A stretch of 64,000 nucleotides of DNA from Phycisphaerales bacterium (GTDB taxonomy: Bacteria; Planctomycetota; Phycisphaerae; Phycisphaerales; UBA1924). The notes beneath the pieces are model-generated. The model had not been told where the DNA came from. It was given only the letters and a program-made list of their open reading frames with translations, and did no database searches. The translations under genes were made by a program, and so were the position numbers. The stretch covers positions 1,792,001 through 1,856,000 of the forward strand of contig OZ245777.1 of NCBI GenBank assembly GCA_965227775.1. Direction: 5' to 3'. Shown here one piece after another: positions 28,157 through 37,922 of this stretch (the stretch's first letter is position 1; every line of letters starts with the position of its first letter).

Positions 28157-28272
28157 CAGTTGACGCGGTCACCCGCGTTGGCCGCCTGCCGCGTGGACCC
28201 GGGCAATCGATCCGGAGAGTGGGGGCGTGGGCCCATTGGTGCCGGGTGAACCGAAGGAAATGGAGCCTTCCC

Positions 28273-29469
28273 ATGACCTCCGCAGCCACCAGCACGAGCA
28301 CGTCCAAGGTCGTCGACCCGCTCGACCTGATCGACATCGACCACGTTCGCTTCTATGTCGGCAACGCCAAGCAAGCGGCCGTGTTCTACGCCCAACTCTT
28401 CGGCTTCCAGGTCACCCAGGTCGCCGACCTGACCACCGGCAGCCGCGAGCAGGCCCAGTACCTGCTGACCCAGGGCAACATCCGTCTGCTCTTGACCACG
28501 CCGCTGACGCCCGATCACCCGATCAACGACGAGCTGGTGAAGTACGGCGACGGCGTGAAGGACGTGGCCCTTACCGTGGCCGACGCCACCGCCGCGTATG
28601 AGCAGGTGCTGCGCAACGGCGGCGAGAGCGCCTACGAGCCGGTCACCTACAGCGACAACACCGGCAGCGTCACCATGGCCGGCATCAAGGCCTACGGCCG
28701 GGCGGTGCACAGCTTCGTCAGCCGCGAGGGCGCGTACGCGCTCGACAAGATCAAGGAGGGCGGCACCTTCCAGCCGGGCTTCCGCGACTTCGGCCCGTTC
28801 TCCTTGAACGACTACAACAAGCAGCACCCGTGCGGCCTGCGCTTCGTCGACCACTGCGTGGGCAACGTCGAAGAAGGCAAGATGAACTATTGGGTGAAGT
28901 GGTACGAAGACGTCATGGGCTTCGCGATGTTCAAGCACTTCGACGATGCCGACATCTCGACCGAGTACAGCGCCCTCATGTCCAAGGTCATGGCCAGCGG
29001 CAACAACCTCATCAAGATGCCCATCAACGAGCCCGCCCCGGGCAAGAAGAAGAGCCAGATCCTCGAGTATCTCGAGTGGCACAGCATGACGCCTGGCGTG
29101 CAGCACCTGGCCCTTCGCACCGACGACGAGCTCGGGAGCGTCGCCGAGCTACGCCGCCGCGGCGTCGACTTCCTGAGCCTGCCCGACACCTACTACGAGC
29201 TGGTCTGGGACCGAGTGAACACCATGCTCACCGAGAACGGCCACGAGGCGGTGAAGGAAGATCACGAGAAGGTCAAGGACCTGGGCATCCTCGTCGACGC
29301 CGACGACGAGGGCTACCTGCTGCAGCTCTTCACCAAGCCTCTGCAGGACCGCCCGACCCTGTTCTTCGAGATCATCAGCCGCCGCGGCTCGCAGAGCTTC
29401 GGCAAGGGCAACTTCAAGGCGCTTTTCGAGGCGCTGGAACTGGAGCAAGAGAAGCGGGGTAATCTGTAA
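28273..29469 (+). CDS. hppD: 4-hydroxyphenylpyruvate dioxygenase
   Basis: Motifs DHCVGN, PINEP, SQILEYL, GVQHLAL, GYLLQLFT, FFEII.R and FGKGNFKALF. Confidence 0.95.
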   Translation: MTSAATSTSTSKVVDPLDLIDIDHVRFYVGNAKQAAVFYAQLFGFQVTQVADLTTGSREQAQYLLTQGNIRLLLTTPLTPDHPINDELVKYGDGVKDVALTVADATAAYEQVLRNGGESAYEPVTYSDNTGSVTMAGIKAYGRAVHSFVSREGAYALDKIKEGGTFQPGFRDFGPFSLNDYNKQHPCGLRFVDHCVGNVEEGKMNYWVKWYEDVMGFAMFKHFDDADISTEYSALMSKVMASGNNLIKMPINEPAPGKKKSQILEYLEWHSMTPGVQHLALRTDDELGSVAELRRRGVDFLSLPDTYYELVWDRVNTMLTENGHEAVKEDHEKVKDLGILVDADDEGYLLQLFTKPLQDRPTLFFEIISRRGSQSFGKGNFKALFEALELEQEKRGNL

Positions 29470-29519
29470 GGGGAGCGACCGCCCGCTTGCGATCGACGGC
29501 CGGCTCCTGGAGGTGATCC

Positions 29520-31100
29520 ATGCCGGGAGCCGGCCGTGTTGTCTTGTGTTTGCTGCTCGCTTCGGTGGGATGGGTCTTCGGCTGCGATGATCGTGGTGGC
29601 GATACGACTCACACGTCCCGCCAAGTAGAACAACCAGCAGAGGCCCAAGTCCCTTCGGAGCAGGCGCAGGCGCGATCTGAACTCGAAGAATCCGCCCAAC
29701 TCCTCAACGAGCTTTACGGCTTCAATGTCAACGTCGGCATGCCAGAGGGCGTCGGCGCAGCGCTTGTGCGTTGTACCACGCAGCTCGCGGACGGCACAAG
29801 AGTCGATGGCTCGTTCGGTCTGGTCGTGCGTAACGAGGTTGTCCTTGTGCCGCTGGCCAGGCTGCTCGATGGTGAGTCGGTCGAGGTGAAGGCGGCCTGC
29901 TGCGAAGCAAGGCCGGCGACCTGGGTGTACGCGTTCGATGCCAGGGCGGGGCTTGCGCTGCTTGCCGTTCCCGGGTTGCAGGCGCCCCCCTGGACAGGTG
30001 GCTATGCCGAGATCGCCTCGCCCGCACCCGCTGAGGTCACCGCGCGCGTCGGCTTCCCGTTCGAGGTCGCCGGCTCGCTCGGCATCGGCACCAGCACGCT
30101 CGATGTCATGCAGGATCGCGAGGACTCGCTCCGCGGCCGGCGGCTGCGGCTCGACCACCCGTTCCGTCTCTTCGGTGCGGGTGCGATCCTGATCGACGAT
30201 GCCGGCACACCCACGGGGATCTCAACCGAGTGGGCGGGCAACGACAAGTCTTGGGCGGTGCCGATCGCTGGCTTTCTCGATGAGCACTTGCACGGGCAGC
30301 TCGACGATTCGGAGCTCATCGACTTTGCCGATTTGATCGACCGTGCTCCGGACGATGCGTCGAAGTCGATCATGCTTACGATGCGGGCCGGTTCCGAGGT
30401 GGACCAGCGCTCCTTGCTCGATATCGCGATCGATCTCGAGCCAGAGAACGCCGCTGCGCACTACCACCGCGGCGTGGTCTACGACATGATGGGGCAGAAG
30501 ACCGAGGCGATCGATTCGCTGTATCGCTCGATCGACATCGACGACGAGTGGAGCGAGTCGTGGTACAGCCTCGGGCTCGTGCAGCTCACCTCGGGCAAGC
30601 CGGGCTTTGCGGCCGACTCGTTCAAGCGGAGCGTTCGGTTTGACGAAACCCACGCCGACGCGCACGCCATGCTCGGCGTCTCGTACATGCACACGGGTCG
30701 GGCCGACCAGAGTCTCGCCCCGATGCAACGGGCAATCGAGATCGAGCCGGATCGTCGGCAGTTTGCGGCCAACCTGCAGCTCGCGTACGAGCGTGCCGGC
30801 CTGCAACACGAGCGCTACAAGGCGTGGGAGGCGTACGTGATTGCCAAGCCCGATGATCGCGAAGGGCACCACAGCTATTGCCGGACCCTTGCGCTCGGTG
30901 AGCAATTTGAACGCCTCGAGCAGGTCGCGATAGCCGGAATCGATCGCTTTGGCGAGAACGCTGACGATCTCGCCTTCCGGGCGTTCGTGCGTGCGGCCGA
31001 GAGTCGCGATCTCGATGAAGCCTCGCGGTTCATCCAAAGGGCTCTGGAACTCGACCCCGACCACGGGTTTGCTCGGTTGATCAGCGATCGGCTGGAGTGA
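29520..31100 (+). CDS. Putative lipoprotein with a degenerate trypsin-like N-terminal domain and TPR repeats
   Basis: Lipobox-like VFGC, a GA.LID..G...GI segment, and multiple TPR units (AHYHRG, SWYSLG, AHAMLG, ALELDP). Confidence 0.7.
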   Translation: MPGAGRVVLCLLLASVGWVFGCDDRGGDTTHTSRQVEQPAEAQVPSEQAQARSELEESAQLLNELYGFNVNVGMPEGVGAALVRCTTQLADGTRVDGSFGLVVRNEVVLVPLARLLDGESVEVKAACCEARPATWVYAFDARAGLALLAVPGLQAPPWTGGYAEIASPAPAEVTARVGFPFEVAGSLGIGTSTLDVMQDREDSLRGRRLRLDHPFRLFGAGAILIDDAGTPTGISTEWAGNDKSWAVPIAGFLDEHLHGQLDDSELIDFADLIDRAPDDASKSIMLTMRAGSEVDQRSLLDIAIDLEPENAAAHYHRGVVYDMMGQKTEAIDSLYRSIDIDDEWSESWYSLGLVQLTSGKPGFAADSFKRSVRFDETHADAHAMLGVSYMHTGRADQSLAPMQRAIEIEPDRRQFAANLQLAYERAGLQHERYKAWEAYVIAKPDDREGHHSYCRTLALGEQFERLEQVAIAGIDRFGENADDLAFRAFVRAAESRDLDEASRFIQRALELDPDHGFARLISDRLE

Positions 31101-31140
31101 GTGCCCTCGAACCAATGCTCGATTTGCTCGTACTCCTCTC

Positions 31141-31401
31141 ATGCCAACCTTCGCGATCGCCATCCGCTTCAATGCCACGCCTCGGGCCGAGGGATTCGTC
31201 CCAACGTCCGTGCTCAACGAGTACGGACTGGAGGCCGATCCCGGCGTGCCGGGGCTCTTCGAAGGCCAGGGGCTGCAGCCCGAGCGGCTGGCGGCATTGC
31301 TGGCCGAACTCTCTGAGTCCATGCATTCACCGGCGGCAGAGGGCGTGGTCGCCTCTGGCCTGCTTGACGACGTGTGGATCAGCATCCGTCGCGACGGCTG
31401 A
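31141..31401 (+). CDS. Small hypothetical protein
   Basis: 86-aa ORF with protein-like composition, on the same strand as its neighbours. Confidence 0.5.
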   Translation: MPTFAIAIRFNATPRAEGFVPTSVLNEYGLEADPGVPGLFEGQGLQPERLAALLAELSESMHSPAAEGVVASGLLDDVWISIRRDG

Positions 31402-31478
31402 CAACCTGATCGCGGAGCCGAAGCGCAACGATTGACGGCGGCCTCACGCTCGCGCATCTCCTAATGCGGAGGTCCGCC

Positions 31479-32456
31479 ATGCCAGCCGCATCTGCTGCGA
31501 TCATCTTGAGCGTCCTTCGCTTGTTCCCGCTTTCGGTTGCACCCCACCCCGGCTCGGGGCTCGAGGTTGCCGCCGATGGCGCCGTATATCTAGCCGATGT
31601 CGGTGCTGAGACCATCTGGCGGATTGCCCCAGATGGTTCGATCAGCCCGGCGGTGCACGACTCGTGGACGCACGAGCTGCAGCTCGAGCCCGACGGCACG
31701 CTGGTCTACGAGCGCGAGCACACCGGCTACGAGCAGGCTCCCCAGTCGCTGCGCACGCTTGCACCCGACGGCGAGCGACGCGTGCTCATCCCTGCGCCGC
31801 CCGTTCGCGAGCGCTTCGGCAGCAACGCGTTCGCGCGCATGGCCGACGGCTCGGTCGTGTTCGCCCACACCGTGCGCGGCGAGGACGGCCGGTGGCGGGC
31901 CATCATCCGCCAACGCGACGCCGACGATCACGACGGCTCACGCGTCCGCACCATCGCCGGCGCGCTCGGGGGCGAGCTGTACCAGGACGGCCCGGGCAGC
32001 GAATCGACGTTCCGCATGATCGTCAACATGCGGCCCATGCCCGATGGTTCGGTGCTTCTGCTCGATCGCGACCGCGTGCGGAAGATCGCGTTCGACGAAA
32101 GCGGCATGTGCACTGTGACCACACAGGGCCCGAGCCTCATCGAGCCCAAGCCCAAGGATCCGCCCTTCCGCAGCGGGCCCGAAACGACGTGGAACCGGCT
32201 CTATGGGCTTGCTGCCGAGCCGGACGGGAGCGCACTGGTCACCTACTTCGCCGGGCGCCGCGTCGTGCGCATTTCGCCCGAGGGCGATGTGACGAACGTC
32301 TACACAAGCGACCGCGACTGGTCGCCCATCGGCGTCGCGATCGGCCCCAAGGGCAGCATCCACGTCAGCGAGATCAGCGACCGCGGCGGGCGGCTGCGCG
32401 TGCTCGTGCTCGAAGAAGCGGGCCCACGCGTGCTGGCGGCGATTCCCGCCGAGTAG
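31479..32456 (+). CDS. Secreted beta-propeller protein (NHL/SMP-30-like)
   Basis: Signal peptide followed by HPGSG, with repeated GLxVxxDG.VY blades. GGAGGT Shine-Dalgarno before the ATG. Confidence 0.7.
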   Translation: MPAASAAIILSVLRLFPLSVAPHPGSGLEVAADGAVYLADVGAETIWRIAPDGSISPAVHDSWTHELQLEPDGTLVYEREHTGYEQAPQSLRTLAPDGERRVLIPAPPVRERFGSNAFARMADGSVVFAHTVRGEDGRWRAIIRQRDADDHDGSRVRTIAGALGGELYQDGPGSESTFRMIVNMRPMPDGSVLLLDRDRVRKIAFDESGMCTVTTQGPSLIEPKPKDPPFRSGPETTWNRLYGLAAEPDGSALVTYFAGRRVVRISPEGDVTNVYTSDRDWSPIGVAIGPKGSIHVSEISDRGGRLRVLVLEEAGPRVLAAIPAE

Positions 32457-32468
32457 ACGAGCGCCGCC

Positions 32469-32499
32469 GAGGTCGAGTCTCCCACGTGGACTCGACCTC
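32469..32499. repeat. Perfect 11-bp inverted repeat (operator or hairpin)
   Basis: GAGGTCGAGTC-tcccacgtg-GACTCGACCTC, immediately 5' of a TACCCT -10-like hexamer. Confidence 0.75.
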
Positions 32500-32511
32500 T
32501 ACCCTGTCGTG

Positions 32512-33159
32512 ATGACGGCTCGCGAGCCAACGCATCGCATCGTGACCGTTCGCATGCTCAACGTGAGCATGCTGGCGGGATTGATCCTCGCTGTCGCAAG
32601 TGTGCCGTACGGAACGCTGGTGCGCGAATCGATGAAGCGGGACTGGCCGTCGGGCGGGTTGCCCGGATTGCAACGCGGCGTAGGGATCATTCCGCCGTCT
32701 CCTGGATTCGAAGAGTATCACAGATGGAACGACTTTGGACCGTTCATTGAGATGAACTTCGCAGATCCTGGTGCGCGCGGCTCGATTTCGTTGGCGTGGG
32801 TTCCGGCGGCCGCGCAGCGGCACATCTTGCAGACCCGGCAGCCGACCGATGTGTTCTGGTCGGGCTATCCATTCAAGTGCGCCGTTGGGTGGTGGGAGTT
32901 CCACGGTGACCGCGCGTGGCTCATCAAGTGGGGCCAGGTTCGACACCGGACCGTTGTGACGCCACTGCGCCCGATGTGGGTGGGCCTGCTCGGCAACACG
33001 CTCGTGTACGCGGCGCTGTTGCTCGTGCCGTGGACGGGCGTTCGCTTCATACGCACACGTCGGCGACGCGCGCGAGGGCGGTGCGTCGCGTGCGCATACG
33101 AGCTGGGAGCCGGCATCGAGGTGTGCCCCGAGTGCGGGTTGGCAGCGAAGACGTCCTGA
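32512..33159 (+). CDS. Membrane protein with C-terminal Arg-rich segment and zinc ribbon; paralogue of 18597-19274
   Basis: GYP motif and PLRPMWVGLLGNT...RRRARGRCVACAYELGAGIEVCPECG. Confidence 0.75.
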   Translation: MTAREPTHRIVTVRMLNVSMLAGLILAVASVPYGTLVRESMKRDWPSGGLPGLQRGVGIIPPSPGFEEYHRWNDFGPFIEMNFADPGARGSISLAWVPAAAQRHILQTRQPTDVFWSGYPFKCAVGWWEFHGDRAWLIKWGQVRHRTVVTPLRPMWVGLLGNTLVYAALLLVPWTGVRFIRTRRRRARGRCVACAYELGAGIEVCPECGLAAKTS

Positions 33160-33168
33160 GGAATCGGC

Positions 33169-33876
33169 CTAGTCCTTCGTATCCGCTCGAACCTCAACCT
33201 CGCGCCACTTGCCCTCCACGTGCCTCACGATCGTGCCCGTGTAGAGGTAGAGCAACTGCTCGGCGATGTTGGCGGCGTGCTCAGCGATCGCGTGGGTCGC
33301 CGTCGCGATCTCGAGCAGCAGGAAGGCGTCGGCGGCATCGAGATCGCCCGCGCGGAGCTTGGCCTCGCACTCGCGCATCAGGGCGGCCTTGAAGGCCTCG
33401 ACCGCCTCGTCGCTCTGCAGCACGACGCGCGTGAGGCGCTCGTCCCGAGACCCCATTGCTCGCATGGCGTCGCGCACGATGCCGACGACGCTGTTGGTGA
33501 GCACGCGGAACGTAGTGGGAGGCGAACTGCCCGCGTCGGCAAGCCGCTGGCCCAGCGTGCCGCACGAGAGCGCCGCGTCTGCGATTCGCTCGAGCTCGTT
33601 GTTGACCTTCACGATCGTGAGCAGACGCCGAAGGTCGGCGTCGGGTAGGCGGTCGGCTCCCTCTGTCGCGTCGCCGAGCAACTTCACCGCTGCCTTCTCG
33701 ATGGCGACGTCCGCGGCGTCGACCGACTCCTCGGCGGTCCGCAGCGCGGCCAGCCCATCAGTCCCGGGAGCAAAGAGGTGGTCAAAGCCGTTCTCGACCA
33801 TCTGCAGCACCAGGTCGCCCTGTTCGATGATCCGGCCGGCCAGGGCGTCGAGGCGGTCGCTGAAGCTGTCGGGCAT
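33169..33876 (-). CDS. phoU: PhoU-domain protein
   Basis: DLRRLLTIVKVNNELERIAD, and a second repeat IAEHAANIAEQLLYLYTG...RH. Confidence 0.8.
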   Translation of the reverse strand: MPDSFSDRLDALAGRIIEQGDLVLQMVENGFDHLFAPGTDGLAALRTAEESVDAADVAIEKAAVKLLGDATEGADRLPDADLRRLLTIVKVNNELERIADAALSCGTLGQRLADAGSSPPTTFRVLTNSVVGIVRDAMRAMGSRDERLTRVVLQSDEAVEAFKAALMRECEAKLRAGDLDAADAFLLLEIATATHAIAEHAANIAEQLLYLYTGTIVRHVEGKWREVEVRADTKD

Positions 33877-34039
33877 GAATCGGGCTCCCAATCTCGAGAC
33901 GAGCAACCTTGAGGCAAGCGGCGGAGGCAGAGGAAAGCGGCGGGCCGCACGGGCCGATAGCAACAGGGTACGGACGAAGTGGGGCCTAGCCTGTCGCCAG
34001 GCCCGATTTCGACTCTCGATGTGAGGAGCCCCTGTACCC

Positions 34040-35353
34040 ATGAACGAGTTCTGCGTCGATGGCTTGAGCGCCCGGTGGATCCTCGACTCTCGCGGTAACC
34101 CGACCGTTCGTGTCGCGGTCGAGCTGGCGGGTGGCGCCGTCGGTGTGGCCATGGTGCCCAGCGGGGCCAGCACGGGTGAACACGAAGCAGTCGAACTGCG
34201 GGACGGCAACAAATCCGTCTTCGGTGGTAAGGGCGTGGATGCGGCGGTCCGCAACGTCGCCGAGAGGCTCGCGCCGGCGATCATTGGCCTCGATGCCCGC
34301 GATCAGGCCTCCCTCGATCACGCCATGCTCGCCGCTGATGGAACGGCCAACAAGAGCAGCGTAGGTGCCAACGCCATCCTGGGAGTCTCTTTGGGTGCGG
34401 CCCACGCCGTCGCGGCCGAGGCCGGCCTGCCGCTCTATCGTTCCGTCGGCGGCGCGGGTGGGCGCACGCTGCCGGTCCCGATGCTCAACGTCATCAACGG
34501 CGGCAAGCACGCCGACAACAACCTCGACTTCCAGGAGTTCATGGTCCAGCCCTGGGGCTTCGACGACTTCGAGACCGCGCTGCGGGCCGGCGTCGAGATC
34601 TACCACGCCCTCAGCGGCCTGCTACACGAGGCGGGCCTGAGCACCGCCGTCGGCGACGAGGGCGGATTCGCCCCCGACTTCAAGAGCGCCGAGGAAGCGC
34701 TGCAGTTCCTGGAGAAGGCAACCAAGAAGGCCGGGTATGGCTGGGGCACCCAAATCTTCATCGCCCTCGACCCCGCTGCGAGCGAGTTGGCCAACGAAGC
34801 CAAGAAGGCTGGCCAAGCCCACGGCAACGATGGACAGATCGGCTACAAGCGCTTCAAGAGCGACCAGGCGATTATCTCTAGCGACGAACTCATCGACACC
34901 TGGGCCGGCTGGTGCGAAAACTACCCGGTGCGCAGCATCGAAGACGGCCTGGACGAGAATGACTGGGCCGGCTGGAAGAAGCTAACCGACCGGCTGGGCG
35001 ATCGCGTGCAACTCGTGGGCGATGACCTGTTCGTGACCAACATCAAGTTCCTGCAGCGCGGTTTGGACGAAGGTTGTGCCAATGCGATCCTGGTCAAGCC
35101 CAACCAGATCGGAACGCTCAGCGAGACGCTCGAGGCCGTCGACCTTGCCCGCCGCAGTGGCTACGGCGCCGTCATGAGCCATCGCAGCGGCGAGACCGAG
35201 GACAGCACCATCGCCGATCTGGCCGTTGCGACCAATTGCGGCCAGATCAAGACGGGCGCACCGTGCCGCAGCGATCGCAATGCAAAGTACAACCGCCTGC
35301 TCGTCATCGCCCAAGAGCTCGGCAGCAGCGCCCTCTTCGGCGGGCAGTCGTAG
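34040..35353 (+). CDS. eno: Enolase
   Basis: Motifs [42 protein letters not shown] and GQIKTG. Confidence 0.97.
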   Translation: MNEFCVDGLSARWILDSRGNPTVRVAVELAGGAVGVAMVPSGASTGEHEAVELRDGNKSVFGGKGVDAAVRNVAERLAPAIIGLDARDQASLDHAMLAADGTANKSSVGANAILGVSLGAAHAVAAEAGLPLYRSVGGAGGRTLPVPMLNVINGGKHADNNLDFQEFMVQPWGFDDFETALRAGVEIYHALSGLLHEAGLSTAVGDEGGFAPDFKSAEEALQFLEKATKKAGYGWGTQIFIALDPAASELANEAKKAGQAHGNDGQIGYKRFKSDQAIISSDELIDTWAGWCENYPVRSIEDGLDENDWAGWKKLTDRLGDRVQLVGDDLFVTNIKFLQRGLDEGCANAILVKPNQIGTLSETLEAVDLARRSGYGAVMSHRSGETEDSTIADLAVATNCGQIKTGAPCRSDRNAKYNRLLVIAQELGSSALFGGQS

Positions 35354-35929
35354 GTGGGCGATTCAGATACAACGCCGGCGCCAATAGACACGAGGGTGCT
35401 GTACGAGGGCGCCAAGTTCAACGTCGAGCTGCTCACGCTGCCCGGGCGGGGTGGGAGCACGCGGGAGATGGCCGTCGTCCGCCACCCCGGCGCGTGCGCC
35501 ATCCTGCCGATCTTGCACGAGCCCAAAGAGCACGAGTGCGCCACGCTGGTCATGATCCGCAACCAGCGGCCGGCGGTAGGGGGCATGCTGTGGGAGATCC
35601 CCGCGGGTACGATCGACCCCGGCGAAGAGCCGCTGGCATGTGCCGGACGCGAGCTGATCGAAGAAACCGGCTATGAGGCTGCAACACTCGACCTGTTTGG
35701 GCGGTTCTATACCACGCCGGGCATGACCGACGAGGTCATGCACCTGTTCGTTGCTCGCGGCCTGACCCATGTGGGCCAGGACCTGGACGAGGGCGAGCAC
35801 ATCGAGGTGCACGAAGTGAAGGCCGACGAGGCGCTGGCGATGATCGAAGATGGCAGGCTGCAAGACGCCAAGAGTGTCATCCCGATCTTGCGGGCCCAGG
35901 CCGCGGGCTTACTTGGAGTGCGTGCGTGA
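35354..35929 (+). CDS. NUDIX hydrolase (ADP-ribose pyrophosphatase-like)
   Basis: Nudix box EIPAG.IDPGE....CAGRELIEETG, plus TPG..DE and DAKS. Confidence 0.9.
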   Translation: MGDSDTTPAPIDTRVLYEGAKFNVELLTLPGRGGSTREMAVVRHPGACAILPILHEPKEHECATLVMIRNQRPAVGGMLWEIPAGTIDPGEEPLACAGRELIEETGYEAATLDLFGRFYTTPGMTDEVMHLFVARGLTHVGQDLDEGEHIEVHEVKADEALAMIEDGRLQDAKSVIPILRAQAAGLLGVRA

Positions 35930-36933
35930 GCGAGCACTGGCGCGGAACAGGGCCGCGCGGCTGGCTCGGCCGCGTGTTCGGAGACGGTGACAACCCCATG
36001 CGCTGGGCGTTGCCGCTGTATCGCTTGTGGGGCATTACGGTCAAGCTCCACCTCATCTTCATCCTCTTCGTGCTGATCAGGCTGATCACGGCCGGCAGCC
36101 CCAGCTCGCTCGGCTTCATCTATACCGCCATCATGCTCGTGATCGTGTTCGGGCTCGTGCTGCTGCACGAGTACGGCCACTGCTTCGCGTGCCGATGGGT
36201 GGAAGGTGAAGCAGACGAGATCATGCTTTGGCCGCTGGGTGGGCTTGCCTATTGCCGCCCGCCGCACCAATGGAAAGCCGAGCTCATCACCGTGCTCGGT
36301 GGACCAGGCGTGAACGCGGTCCTGCTTGTGCCGCTGGGCGTTCTCTCGATCGTGGTCAACGGTGGCTGGGAGTACGCGATCTTCAATCCGTTTGTTCCAA
36401 ACTGGCCCCGCGGCGGCGTGTTCGAGAACACCGTGTTCATGCTGCACTACATCAACCTTGTGCTGCTGCTTTTCAACATGCTGGTGCCCATGTATCCGAT
36501 GGACTCGGGCCGCATCGTGCAGTGCCTCATGTGGCGGAAGATCGGCTACGAGAAGAGCCTCTGGATCTCGTGCAACATTGGCGTCGGTGCAGCGATCGCG
36601 CTGGCGGCCGTGGCCTTTGCTGCAGACGAGATGCTGCTGCTGGGCATCGCGCTCTTCGGCGGCTTCACCTGCTGGCAGCAGAAGCAGGGCCTCAAGATGA
36701 TGGGCTTCGAGCCCCAGTACGCCGCTGCCTACGAGGCGGCCGAGCAGATCCAGAAGCGCAAGGGGCCGACGCGCTCGCAGCTCTCGGCCATCAAAAAGCG
36801 GCAAGAAGAGGAAGCCCGCGTCGAGAAACTGCTGGCCAAGATCGCCCAGCAGGGCATGGCCTCACTCTCGCCGCGCGAACGCAAGTTCCTCGATCGCGTA
36901 TCCCAGAAGAAGCGGCAGGGCCGCGCCGGCTAG
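35926..36933 (+). CDS. Site-2 (M50) intramembrane metalloprotease with a C-terminal helical tail
   Basis: Motifs HEYGH, GGPGVN and FNMLVPMYPMDSG. Tail VEKLLAKIAQQGMASLS.RE..FL. Confidence 0.88.
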   Translation: MSEHWRGTGPRGWLGRVFGDGDNPMRWALPLYRLWGITVKLHLIFILFVLIRLITAGSPSSLGFIYTAIMLVIVFGLVLLHEYGHCFACRWVEGEADEIMLWPLGGLAYCRPPHQWKAELITVLGGPGVNAVLLVPLGVLSIVVNGGWEYAIFNPFVPNWPRGGVFENTVFMLHYINLVLLLFNMLVPMYPMDSGRIVQCLMWRKIGYEKSLWISCNIGVGAAIALAAVAFAADEMLLLGIALFGGFTCWQQKQGLKMMGFEPQYAAAYEAAEQIQKRKGPTRSQLSAIKKRQEEEARVEKLLAKIAQQGMASLSPRERKFLDRVSQKKRQGRAG

Positions 36934-37022
36934 GCGATAGGATGGCGTCCGGATTCCGAAGAAACCGATAGCCCTGGCGGGCTTTCGACGCAACCCGAGC
37001 GAGCAAGGACGATCACCGCACC

Positions 37023-37919
37023 ATGGGGCTGCACGACCGAACGTACATGCGAGGCGATCAAGCGCCCCCGGGGCTGCGGCCGGGCCGCACGGGTGGGCTG
37101 CCCTTCTCGATGTGCACGATGCTCATCGCGATCAACGTCATCATCCACCTCATCTGGTATGTCGCACCAGATGTGTGGCAGGCGTTGTTCACCTGGGGCC
37201 ACTTCTCGACGACCGAGGCCATCTTCCGCCTCGGCTTCTGGCGGTTCATTACCTTCCAGTTCCTGCATGGCAGCCTGATCCACCTGGCGTTCAACATGAT
37301 GGGCATCTGGTTCCTGGGCCGCCTCGTCGAAGACCAGCTGGGTCCCAAGAAGTTCCTCGCGTTCTACCTGGTCTGCGGGATCTTCGGTGGGCTGATGTAC
37401 CTGCTGCTCAACCTGCTCGGTGGTGTGATCGGGTTCCAGATTCCCGGCCTGCTTATGAACGATCCGGCCACACCGCTCATCGGTGCCTCGGCCGGCGTGT
37501 TCGGCGTGGTTATGGCGTGTGCCTACATCGCTCCGAACTCCACCGTGCAGCTGCTCTTCCCGCCCATCCCCATGAAGATGAAGGTGTTTGCCTACGGCTT
37601 CGTGGCGCTCGCGCTGCTCATGTTGCTGTTGGGCAGCCGCAACGCTGGTGGCGAGGCCGCCCACCTCGGCGGCGCGATCGCGGGCTTCTACTTCATCCGC
37701 AACACCCACCACCTCATCGACTTCTTCGACGTGCTCGGAGACTCGCGCAAGCCCAAGCCGCCCAAGCGTGGTGGCGGACCTCGCGCACGGGGCCCGAGCG
37801 TCTCGCAGCAAGAAGTCGACCGCGTGCTCGAGAAGGTGCAAGCATCAGGCCTGGGCAGCCTGAATGACGCCGAGAAGGCCGTGCTGCGGCAGGCGACCGA
37901 CCGGCAGCGCCGCGGCTAG
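37023..37919 (+). CDS. Rhomboid intramembrane serine protease with a C-terminal helical tail
   Basis: Motifs WRFITFQFLH, HLAFNM, GASAG and AHLGG. Tail VDRVLEKVQASGLGSLNDAE..VL. Confidence 0.9.
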   Translation: MGLHDRTYMRGDQAPPGLRPGRTGGLPFSMCTMLIAINVIIHLIWYVAPDVWQALFTWGHFSTTEAIFRLGFWRFITFQFLHGSLIHLAFNMMGIWFLGRLVEDQLGPKKFLAFYLVCGIFGGLMYLLLNLLGGVIGFQIPGLLMNDPATPLIGASAGVFGVVMACAYIAPNSTVQLLFPPIPMKMKVFAYGFVALALLMLLLGSRNAGGEAAHLGGAIAGFYFIRNTHHLIDFFDVLGDSRKPKPPKRGGGPRARGPSVSQQEVDRVLEKVQASGLGSLNDAEKAVLRQATDRQRRG

Positions 37920-37922
37920 CCC

